Assembly (NCBI GenBank): GCA_963747235.1
Contig: CAVVEU010000040.1
Span: forward strand, 384,001 to 448,000
Length of the DNA: 64,000 nucleotides
Source: an uncultured Candidatus Rokubacteria bacterium
GTDB taxonomy: Bacteria > Methylomirabilota > Methylomirabilia > Rokubacteriales > CSP1-6
Reading direction: 5' to 3'
Shown here in pieces: positions 1-9,317 of the stretch. The first letter of the stretch is position 1, and each line of letters starts with the position of its first letter. The position numbers and the translations under genes are program-made. The notes under the pieces are model-generated. The model ran no database searches. It saw only the letters and a program-made list of their open reading frames with translations, and was not told the DNA's origin.

Positions 1-289
1 GACTGCGCTCGAGGCGACTGATGAAGGTGTCGAGCGGGATGGCGGGCATCGTCATCATCTGCACCGAGCCGCGCGCTCCCATCTCGATGGAGATGGACGA
101 GACCGTCTCGTTGTCGGGCGCTTCCAGGATCGTCACGAAGTCGTAGGGGCCGAGCACCGCGTACTGGGCGATGACGCGGGCGCCGCGGCGGGACAGCTCG
201 CGATTGACCTTGCGGATCCAGCCGGGCCGGGCGTGGAGAACCTTGCGGCCTGCCTCGCTCAGCGTACTCAGCATCACGTAGTGAGCCAC
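1..289 (-). CDS. GYD-domain protein (3' end runs off window)
   Basis: Read manually: GGAGG RBS then GTG at 289. Translation VAHYVMLSTLSEAGRK...QYAVLGPYDFVTILEAPDNE...; the G-x-YD motif and size fit the GYD family. Confidence 0.7.
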   Translation of the reverse strand, partial: MAHYVMLSTLSEAGRKVLHARPGWIRKVNRELSRRGARVIAQYAVLGPYDFVTILEAPDNETVSSISIEMGARGSVQMMTMPAIPLDTFISRLERS

Positions 290-338
290 CGCGCACCTCC
301 TCGGAGCGACGAACGGCGCGCGTAGTATAGCAGAACGC

Positions 339-3300
339 TCAGTCGACCTCCCCGCCGATGCCGAACTCCACGCGCCCGCCCGCCGACGGCGACGCGGCGC
401 CCGCCGCCGCCGCGCTCGGCGCGTCCGCGGGCGCGGGGGTCGCGGCGGCCGCGGGCGCGGCCAGCGCCTGCACCCGCGCCTCCGGAATGCCCTCCACCTT
501 GGTGAGCCGCTCGCGGGTCACGTCGAGCCGGCGCTGGCGCAGCTCGGCGAGCGGGCCGGTCGGCTCCGGCTCGCGCTTGCGCAGCAGCACGAGCTGCTCC
601 TCCACCGACATCGGGAGCTGGGCGTCCTTGACGATGACCTGGTAGTAGCGCCGCAGCGCGGCCGCCTGGTCCGCGATCCCCTGCTCCTGCTGGAACTTCT
701 GCAGGCGCGCCGCCACCGCGCGCTCCTTGAGCGTCTCGACGTCGGCGGGCGAGGTCACCGAGGCCAGGGTCAGGCTCACGTAGGGCGAGCGGCGGAGGAA
801 GTCGCCGACCCGGACGGTCTGGCGCTCCAGCTCCGGGCTCAGCACCGCGCTGCCCGCCGCGAAGACCACCGGATCCACCTTGATCTCGTCGATCTTGTCG
901 CCGCTCGGTGAAGAGGCCGCCGATGGCCCGGAAGGGCGCCTTCAGGATGTTGACGATGACGTTCCGGACCGCGGTCCAGATCGCGTCGCTGAAGTCGAAC
1001 TGCTTGTCGGTGAGGGTGCCGGTGATGGGCACGTTGACGTGGATGTTGCCGTCGCCGTCCTTGAGCAGGGCCACGACCAGCCCCAGCGGCAGGCCGATCC
1101 GCTTCTTGACCTCGTCGGATTCCTTGGCGGGCGCGACCCGCAGGTTGCCGACCAGGATGTCGTTCTTGGCGTCGAGCTTGTCCTGCTCGATCTTGTACTC
1201 GAGCTTGGTGGTCAGCTCGCCGCGCCGGATGATCCAGCCGATCATGCCCTCCACGTAGGGATTGGCGGCGGGCAGGGCCAGCTTCTTCAGCTCGCCCACC
1301 ATGTCCACGTAGGTGGGCGCGCCGATCGCGGACAGGTCGCCGCGGAGGTCCAGCGCCGAGTCGCCGCCGATGAGCGCCTGCACGAGCAGGTTGGCCCGCT
1401 GGCTCTTCTTGTTGGAGAGGTCCTTGACCGTCACGGTCAGCTTGGAGATGTCCTGGGAGAACGGCGGCTGGGTCGTGCGGTCGAGGAACCGCACGTACCC
1501 GTCCTCGACCACGATCTCCTTGAAGTAGAGCTCCATCGTCTCCAGCAGCCCCGGCGACTTGGCAGTCGCGCTGGAAGTCGAAGCGGCAGGAGGCGCGGCA
1601 GTTGCCTGGGGAGGCGCAGCCGAAGGCGAGCCGACCGGATTCGAGACCATGAAGAGCTTCTGCACGTTGATGCCGTCGGGCCCGCGGTCCAGCTCGGCCA
1701 CCGGGGCCTTCAGGCGCACCTTCGCCACGCGCGCGTGGGTCGGCCAGCCGAAGTCGATGCCGGTGATCTCCATCCGCTCGAGCCGCAGCGGGGCCTCCTT
1801 GCCGTCGGGGGTCTTCACGGCCAGGTCGGTGGCCCAGCTATTGCCGCGAGAGAGCGCGGTCAGCTTGCCGTTGGTGATGCGCACCCGGTTCTGGCTGTCC
1901 GAGTTGAACCGGCCCGAGAAGCTCGCCGGAAACGGAAAGTACGCGCGATACGGCTCGATCGGCGCGTTGCGGGTGGTGAGCGTCAGGGTCAGGTCGAGCG
2001 GCTCGATCTTCACCGCCCCCTTCGCGTTGACCTTCCCTCCACCGGGCAGGTCCACCGCGACCGCGAGCTTCATGGGCCGGATGTTCGGCCAGGTCACGTC
2101 GTCGACCTGCACGCCGAGGTTGCTCAGCTTCAGCACCGTGGGCGGCGTCGATATCGCCTCGTCGGTGAACGTCGCTCCGCCCTTCAGCGTGACCTTCTCG
2201 ACCGTGATCTTGAACTCCGGCTCGGCCTTGGCCGGAGCGGGCGAGCGGGTGGACCGGGAGCGGGGGCCGCCGGCTTCGCGGGACGCCGCCTGCGAGCCGC
2301 CGCGCGGCTTCCGGCTTCTTGGTCAGCTCGAGCAAATCGATCTGCTCCTGCTTGTCGCGCACCGCCTTGAGGTCGAGCCCTTCGATGTCCACGCTCGAGA
2401 TCGTGACGACGCGGGACACCAGGTTGACCTCCTTGAGCCCCACCGCGATGCGCGGCACGGTGAGGAACGGGACCGGCTTCCCGGGCTGGGCCAGCGCCAG
2501 GCTGGTCAGCGTCAGGTCGCCCGTGATGAGACCGACCGCGAGCCCACCCTTCCCCAGCTCGAGCTTGAGCGCCATGGTGATGCCCGCGATGCCCGACTCC
2601 AGCGAAGCCGGCAGCGTGGGCGGAAGATAGGGTCGCACCTGCAGCAGGCTGAAGTTCTGGATGGAGAACTTCCCACCGAAGGAGGTCGGGGTCAGGTCGA
2701 TGTCCTGGGCCGAGAACTCGACCGGCGAGTTGTTGAGCGCGCCGTGCACCGCCAGCTTGCCGACCGGCCCCGACGGCTTCGTCGTGAGATTGCCGGCCTC
2801 GATCGAGAGGTCCTGCACCTTCCACTCGCTCACCGGCGTGACCGCGCGATCGGTGCCGGTGAGATTGGCCCGGATCAGGGCGAACCGCTCGATCCCGATC
2901 GTCCAGCGCGACTTGGCCGGGGGCTCGGTGGGCGGCGGCGGCGGCGGCCCCGCGGTGGTGGCGAGCCGGGCCAGGATGTCGGAGAAGTTGAACACGGTCG
3001 GGCTCACGCGCACCAGCTTCACGGTGGGGGCGGTGAGCACCAGCTCCGCGACCCGGATGTGGCCGAAGATCGACGACCACGGGACGACGCGCACGTCCAG
3101 CCGCTCGAACTCGACGAAGGCCTGGGCCGGGTCCGGCTCGGCGAGCCGGAACTTCTTGATCGCCACCCGCCCGGTGAACAGGTTGATGTCGATGTCCTCG
3201 ATGGCGACGACCCGCCCGGTGATCGCGGGGATCTGCTTGAGCGCCTGCCACTTCACGATCTCGGGCAGCGTCCAGATGAAGGCGATGCCCACCACCAGCA

Positions 3301-3352
3301 GGGCGGCCAGGACGATCAGCCAGCGCTTCAGCCGGCGGCTCAGCTCGCGCAT
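339..3352 (-). CDS. DUF748 / AsmA-like envelope protein (frameshifted across 3 ORFs)
   Basis: N-terminal TM anchor (ORF 1838..3352), repeated beta-rich segments, LPLGLVVALLKDGDGNIHVNVPITG..FDF..AIW..V.NVI....KAPF (ORF 274..2136) and an OmpA-like C-terminal part (ORF 339..878). Confidence 0.75.
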
Positions 3353-3358
3353 GGCCGC

Positions 3359-4264
3359 CTAGACCGGGGCCTGGCCCGAGGACGGCTTGAGGAAGGCGTA
3401 GACGCTCGTGAAGTCGCGGCGCCCGAGGCCGTGGGACGACGCGAGGCGGTAGACCTGCTGCGCCGCGGGGGTCACGAAGAGCGGCACCCGGAGATTCCGC
3501 GCCGCGTCCACCGCCAACCCCAGGTCCTTGCACATGAGATCGGTCATGAAGCCCGGCTTGTACTCGTTGCTGGAGGCCGCGGTCGGCATCATGCCCGGCA
3601 CCGGGTGCATGAAGCCCATCAGGAACGTGTTGCCGGAGGACTTGGAGATGACGTCGGTGACCACCTTGGGGTCCATGCCGAAGCCCTCCGCGATGCGGAA
3701 CGCCTCGCTCACCGCGACCCCGCAGACACCCGCGATCAGGTTGTTGCAGAGCTTGACGACCTCGCCGCTGCCGACCGCGCCCACGTGGATGACGTTGGTG
3801 CCCATCGCGGCCAGCGCGGGCTTGGCGTCCTCGAAATCGGTGGCGGCCCCGCCCACCATGATCGCGAGCGTGCCGTCGGTGGCCCGCGGCGTCCCGCCCG
3901 AGACCGGCGCGTCCATGAAGCGCACGCCCCGCTCCTGCGCGGCCTTCGCCACCCGCTGCGACACCGCGGGGTCGATGGTGGACATGTCCACGCACAGCGT
4001 GCCCCGGCGCGCGGCGGCCAGCACGCCGCCGTCGCCGGTGTACACCGATTCCACGTGCGGCGAGGACGGCAGCATGGTCACCACGATGTCCGCGGTGGCC
4101 ACCGCCTCCGCCGCGCTCGCCGCGGCGGTCATGCCCGCCGCGGCGGCGGCCTTCACCGCCTCCGGGTTGGCGTCGAACGCGGTCACGATGAAGCCCTTCT
4201 TCACGAGGTTCTTCGCCATGGGCAGCCCCATGGTGCCCACGCCGATGAAGCCGATGCGCGTCAT
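3359..4264 (-). CDS. 3-hydroxyisobutyrate dehydrogenase family NAD(P)-dependent oxidoreductase
   Basis: MTRIGFIGVGTMGLPMA, DAPVSGG, GTLAIMVGG, KLCNN and KDL motifs. Start ATG overlaps the upstream stop. Confidence 0.9.
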   Translation of the reverse strand: MTRIGFIGVGTMGLPMAKNLVKKGFIVTAFDANPEAVKAAAAAGMTAAASAAEAVATADIVVTMLPSSPHVESVYTGDGGVLAAARRGTLCVDMSTIDPAVSQRVAKAAQERGVRFMDAPVSGGTPRATDGTLAIMVGGAATDFEDAKPALAAMGTNVIHVGAVGSGEVVKLCNNLIAGVCGVAVSEAFRIAEGFGMDPKVVTDVISKSSGNTFLMGFMHPVPGMMPTAASSNEYKPGFMTDLMCKDLGLAVDAARNLRVPLFVTPAAQQVYRLASSHGLGRRDFTSVYAFLKPSSGQAPV

Positions 4265-5169
4265 GCCTGGCCTCCCTGGGATCGGAGCGAGACGCCCGCC
4301 CACTCCTCGATGATGCGGGCGATCGCGGTGTGGTCCTGCTCGGCCATGCCGCGGGCCATGGCGACACGGTAGACCTCGGCGGCGGCGCGGGCCACCGGCG
4401 AGGGCACCCCCACCTCCTGGGCGAGACGGCCGTAGCCGTCGAGGTCCTTCATCATGAGACGGATCGCGAAGCCCGCGTCGAAGGCGCCGTTGAGGATGAA
4501 CCGGGGGAACTTGTTGTCGCTCGCGTTGGAGCGCCCGCTCGAGGCCTGGAGGATCTCCACCGCGCGCGTCGGATCCACCCCGGCCCGGGCCGCCACCGCG
4601 ACCGCCTCGATGGTCAGCGCGAGGATGCCGCCCGAGCACATGTTGTTCACCAGCTTGATCGCGTGCCCCGCGCCGACCGGACCGGCGTGGAAGATGTTCT
4701 TGCCCATGCAGGCCAGCACCGGGCGCGCGCGCTCGAGCAGCGCGGGGTCGCCGCCGACCATGATGGCGAGCGTGCCCTCGACCGCGCCGCGCACACCGCC
4801 GGAGACCGGCGCGTCGATGAGCGCGGACCCGCGCGCGACCACCTCGCGCTCGAGCTCGCGCGTGAGCGACGGATCGGCCGAGGTCATCTCGAGCACGAGG
4901 CTCCCGGGCCGGAGCGCGTCCAGCAGGCCCTTGGCGCCCAGCAGCACCTCGCGCACCTCCCGCGAGGTCGGCAGGATCGTGATGACGGTCTGCGCGGCCG
5001 CCGCGACCTCGGCGGGCGAGGCGGCCCAGGTGGCGCCGCGGGCCAGCAGCGCGCGCGCCGCGTCCTGGCGAAGATCGTTGACCACCAGAGAATACCCGCC
5101 GTCTATCAGGCGGCCCGCCATCGGCACGCCCATGTTGCCAAGCCCGATGAACCCGATCGTCTCACTCAT
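4261..5169 (-). CDS. 3-hydroxyisobutyrate/2-hydroxy-3-oxopropionate reductase family dehydrogenase
   Basis: IGFIGLGNMG, DAPVSGG, GTLAIMVGG, KLVNN and MKDL motifs. Confidence 0.9.
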   Translation of the reverse strand: MSETIGFIGLGNMGVPMAGRLIDGGYSLVVNDLRQDAARALLARGATWAASPAEVAAAAQTVITILPTSREVREVLLGAKGLLDALRPGSLVLEMTSADPSLTRELEREVVARGSALIDAPVSGGVRGAVEGTLAIMVGGDPALLERARPVLACMGKNIFHAGPVGAGHAIKLVNNMCSGGILALTIEAVAVAARAGVDPTRAVEILQASSGRSNASDNKFPRFILNGAFDAGFAIRLMMKDLDGYGRLAQEVGVPSPVARAAAEVYRVAMARGMAEQDHTAIARIIEEWAGVSLRSQGGQA

Positions 5170-5204
5170 CTTCGAGGTCGTGCCTCCTGTATGCTCGTGC
5201 CGGT

Positions 5205-6113
5205 ATGTTGCTCGGTCTTGTTCTCATCGCGATCGCCGCCGCGTCGTGGGGCACGACCGGCGCCACCATGACTCTACTCTCGCGCGAGGCCGCCGTGTCG
5301 CCGCTTCTCGTCGGCTGGAGCCGCCTCGCCATCGCGGCGCCGGTCCTCGTGCTGGCCGCCGCCGGCGTCGGCCGCTTCGGCGCGCGCCATCCTCGACGAA
5401 GCTCCTGGCCCTCGCTCGCCGACCTGCCGCTCTGCGCCGCACTCGGCCTGGCCATGGCCGCGTACCAGGTCTGCTACTTCCGCGCGGTCACCCTCGTCGG
5501 CGTGGCGCCCGCCGCGCTCCTCGCCATCTGCTCCGCCCCGCTCCTGATCGCGGTGCTGGCCGCCCTCTTCCTCGGCGAGCGGCTGACCCCACTCGTGCGG
5601 CTATCGCTCGGAATGGCGGTCGCCGGGACCACGCTGCTCGTGGTCGGCCCGCGCGGATTCGGCGAGATCGCGGGCCACTTCGGGCTGGGGGCGCTGCTCG
5701 CGCTCGGCGCGGGGGTATCTTACGCCGTGTACGCGGTGGCCGCAAAGGGGCTTCTGGCTCGCGTGACACCGCTCGCGGTGTCCGCGATCACGTTCGCGCT
5801 GGCCGCGCTGTTCCTCGCGCCCGCGCTGCTCGGCGAGACGGCGCCCGCGCGCGCGCTGGCGGCGGGCTGGCCGCTGCTGCTCTACCTGGGAATCGGGCCC
5901 ACCGCGGTGGCCTACGTGATGTTCACCGCGGGGCTGGGCCGCGTGCCCGCCACCGCGGCCGGCATCGTGTCGCTACTGGAGCCGCTCACCGCCACCACGC
6001 TCGGCCTGCTGGTCTTCGGCGAGCGCCTGGGGCCGATCGGCATCGCGGGCGCCGTCCTCCTCCTGGCCGCCCTGGCTCTCCTCACCCTCGCGCGCTCTGG
6101 GGTCAGGTCTTGA
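5205..6113 (+). CDS. EamA/DMT family transporter
   Basis: About 10 hydrophobic helices in two EamA repeats (SWGTTG, FLGERL, LLEPL..GERLG). Confidence 0.9.
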   Translation: MLLGLVLIAIAAASWGTTGATMTLLSREAAVSPLLVGWSRLAIAAPVLVLAAAGVGRFGARHPRRSSWPSLADLPLCAALGLAMAAYQVCYFRAVTLVGVAPAALLAICSAPLLIAVLAALFLGERLTPLVRLSLGMAVAGTTLLVVGPRGFGEIAGHFGLGALLALGAGVSYAVYAVAAKGLLARVTPLAVSAITFALAALFLAPALLGETAPARALAAGWPLLLYLGIGPTAVAYVMFTAGLGRVPATAAGIVSLLEPLTATTLGLLVFGERLGPIGIAGAVLLLAALALLTLARSGVRS

Positions 6114-6183
6114 AATACGGCATTTCCGCGCGCGCCGGCTGCACCTGGCGCGATGAAAATGTCGTATTTCAAGACCTGACCCC
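6099..6183. repeat. Palindromic REP/MITE-like element, copy 1
   Basis: GGGGTCAGGTCTTGAAATACGGCATTT...AAATGTCGTATTTCAAGACCTGACCCC, a near-perfect ~27 bp inverted repeat between convergent genes. Confidence 0.8.
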
Positions 6184-6185
6184 GA

Positions 6186-7237
6186 TCAGATGCGGTCGAG
6201 GACGCGGCTGACCGCGCGGCTGAACGTGCAGTTGGGCACCACGCAGGAGTGCTTGCCCGAGCCGCCGCCGACCATCACGTAGATGTCGTCGGCCGAGGGC
6301 ACCCGCGGCAGCCGCACCGACTCGTCGGTCTCCTTCGGCCATCCACGTGGGCCAGTCGTGCATGCCCCACATGCCGCCGAGCTTCATGCGGCCGAGCGGC
6401 ATGCGCGCGTTCTCGAAGACGAAGCGCTGCACGTCGGCGCGGGTGAACCCGTCGGCCGCGATGGTCGCGGCGTGCTCGGGCCCGAGCACGACCAGGATCT
6501 GGCTCTGCGAGAGGTACCAGCCCACGTTGGAGCCCAGCGAGGTGGCCACGTCGGCCACGTTGTTGAGGATGCCGGGCGCGGTGGTGGACACGTGGTCGTT
6601 GACGTTGTGCGGGCCCTCGCCGCCGAACACGGTGACCACGCTCTGGTCCGCCTTGAAGCCGAGCGCCACGTGCAGCGGCTCCCACGGCGAGTCCTCGCGC
6701 TCGGTGATCGCGTAGGAGAACTTGGCCGGGCTGCCCTGGGTGGCCATGTCGCCGCGGCCCGGCCAGCCGCCGCCCACGTTCATCAGGATCAGCCGGATCG
6801 CGCGCCCGATGGTGGCATTGGCGCGGAAGCCGGGCCCGAAGAGGCCGGAGCCCGAGTGCAGCCCGATCGTGCGCGCGTAGGGACCGCTCACCACGATCAG
6901 CGGCGCCACCGGATGCGTGGTGGCCTGCACGCCGTACAGATTGAAGGCGGGATCGAGCAGGGCCTGGACGGCGGCCACGATCACCGGGAAGTAGGCAGGC
7001 TCGCAGCCGGCCATGACCGCGTTGATCGCGAGCTTCTCGACCGCGCACTCGCGCCAGAGCGGCGGCATCACCCCGAGCGACTCGGCGGGCTTGCGTCCGG
7101 GCCCCCGCCAGCATCGCGCGCACGCGCTCCGCGGTGGGCGGCACGAACGGGAGCCCGTCGCACCACTCCCGCTTGCAGAATTCCGCGTAGACGTCCTCTT
7201 CCGGCAGGGTCAGCGCCGTCTCGACCACCTCGCCCAT
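6186..7237 (-). CDS. Conserved hypothetical protein, partner of UGSC-family (seleno)proteins (frameshifted)
   Basis: WCDGLPFVPPTAERV, EKLAINAVMAGCEPAYFPVIVAAV, QATTH, FGPGFRANATIGRA. C-terminus ...VMVGGGSGKHSCVVPNCTFSRAVSRVLDRI* lies in another frame, stop 6186-6188. Confidence 0.7.
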
Positions 7238-7243
7238 CGCGGC

Positions 7244-7774
7244 TCACCGCGGGCCGAGCATGGCGTCGATCTGCTCCACCGCCTGCGCGATCCGGCGGCT
7301 CACGCCCTCCGGCGCCTCACCGCCCAGCGGATGCTGGACGACCAGCAGCGGCAGCCCGGTGGCGCCGAGCGCGGCCATCTCGCCCAGGGCCAGGCGCTGG
7401 AACACGGTGGTGGTGATCAGTCCCGCGGGCGTGCCCGCCTTCGCCAGCTCCAGCGAGTCGTGGAGACTCCACGACGTGCAGGAGCCTCAGTCCGCGGATC
7501 CGGCGAAGACGAGATCACACTCCTTCGCCAGCTCCTCGATGATCGAGTGGGCGGCCCCGGTGGCCGCGTTGGCCTTCCGGAGGATCACCACGCGCTCGAC
7601 GCCGTGGCGCTCCTTGAGCGCCTCGCCGATGCCGGTGACCAGGCGGTCGAAGTTGTGCTTGGTGTTGTCGAGGAAGCCCACCGTGAGGCCGCGCAGATCG
7701 GCGGGCAGCGACGGAATCGCCGTGGTCGCCGTCCGCAGCTCGGCCACCGGGCTCAGCACCGTGATGAGGGACAT
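7244..7774 (-). CDS. UGSC-family selenoprotein (in-frame TGA at 7487-7489 read as Sec), 176 aa
   Basis: ORF 7487..7774 ends ...FAGSAD-TGA and continues in frame GSCTSWSLHDSLELAKAGTP...HPLGG...LGPR* to 7244. This gives a U-G-S-C (UxxC) motif with a hairpin just downstream. Confidence 0.85.
7447..7485 (-). promoter_or_regulatory. Candidate bacterial SECIS element
   Basis: Immediately 3' of the UGA: GCTCC-TGCAC-GTCGTGGA-GTC-TCCACGAC-TCGCT-GGAGC. Perfect 8 bp upper stem, G in the apical loop, loop ~19 nt from the UGA. Confidence 0.65.
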
Positions 7775-7823
7775 GTCGGTCTCCTACCTGTCGGGTGAAC
7801 GGCGTGGCGCTATAGTACCGCAC

Positions 7824-9296
7824 ATGCTCGTCCTGGCGCTGGACGTCGGCACCAGCTCCGCCCGCGCCCGCGTCTTCGACGAGGCCGGCCGCGCGCAGCC
7901 GGGCGCGGAGGGCCAGGTCGCCTACGAGCCGCGCACCACGCCGGACGGCGGCGTCGAGCTGGACGCCGACGCCCTGCTCGCCGCGGTGACGCGCGCGCTC
8001 GACGCCTGCCTCGCGGGCTGCGGCGCGCGCGCGGCCGAGATCGCGGCGGTGGGCGCCTCTGTCTTCTGGCACAGCCTGCTCGCCCTCGACCGCGCGGGCC
8101 GCCCGCTCACCCCGGTCATCACCTGGGCCGACACCCGCAGCGCGACCGCCGCCGCCGCGCTCCGCCGCGAGCACGACGAGCGCCGCATTCACGCGCGCAC
8201 CGGCGCGCCCTTGCACTCCGCGTTCTTCCCCGCCAAGCTCCGCTGGCTGCGCGACGCGCCGCCCCGAGGTCTTCGCGCGCGCCGCCGTCTGGTGTGGCTT
8301 CGGGGAGTACCTGCACGCGCAGCTCACCGGGCATCCGGCCGCGAGCCTCTCGATGGCCTCCGGCACCGGCCTCCTCGATCAGATCGCGGGCGGCTGGGAC
8401 GCCGACATGCTGGCCGTGTCCGGGATCGCCGCCGCGCAGCTCCCGCCCATCGACGACACCGCCGCGCCCGGGCCTGATCGCCCCGCACGCCGCGCGCTGG
8501 CCCGCGCTCGCGCGCGCGCCCTGGCATCCCGCGCGCGGGGACGGGGCGTGCTCGAACGTGGGCTCCGACTGCTGGAGCCCGCGGCGCGTCGCGCTCAATG
8601 TCGGGACCTCCGCCGCGCTCCGCGTCATCCTGCCCGAGCCGCTGGGGCCGCACGCGGCCACGCCGTGGGGGCTCTGGCGCTACCGGGTGGACGCCCGGCG
8701 CGCGCTGGTCGGGGGCGCGACGTCGGAGGGCGGCAACGTGCTGGCCTGGTGCCGCCGGCACCTGGCCCTGCCCGGCGATCCCGCGGCCCTCGAGGCCGCG
8801 CTCGGCGCGGCCGAGCCGGACGGGCACGGGCTCACCGCGCTGCCCTTCCTGGCCGGCGAGCGGAGCCCGGGCTGGCGGCCGGAGGCGCGGGCCGCCGTGA
8901 CGGGCCTCTCCCTGGACACGGGGGCCGTCGAGATCGCCCGGGCGCTGCTCGAGAGCGTGGCGTTCCGCCTGGCCGAGGTCTACGACCGGCTGCGCCCGCT
9001 GGCCGCGCCCGATCACGTGCGTGGTGGCCTCCGGCGGGGCCCTGGCCCATTCACCGACCTGGGCGCGGATCGTGACCGACGCCCTCGGCGTCCCGGTGGC
9101 CCTGGGGGGTGACGCGGAGGCCTCGGCCCGGGGGGCGGCCCTGCTGGCCCTCGAGGCCCTGGGGGTGGCCGTCCCGGAGGCTCCGGCGCCCCTCCGGGTC
9201 CTCCAGCCGGCCCCCGACCGCCATGCCCGGTACCGGGCGGCGAGGGAGCGGCAGCGCCTGCTCTACGACAACATTGTCGGGTTTAAGCAGTCCTGA
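7824..9296 (+). CDS. gntK: Gluconokinase, FGGY carbohydrate kinase family (frameshifted)
   Basis: MLVLALDVGTSSARA, WHSLL, TWADTR, SMASGTGL, GDGACSNVG, LPFLAGERSPGW, EASARGAA spread over 4 frames. Lies upstream of pgi/zwf. Confidence 0.75.
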
Positions 9297-9317
9297 GAGA
9301 ATAGCCGCTGCGGGACC

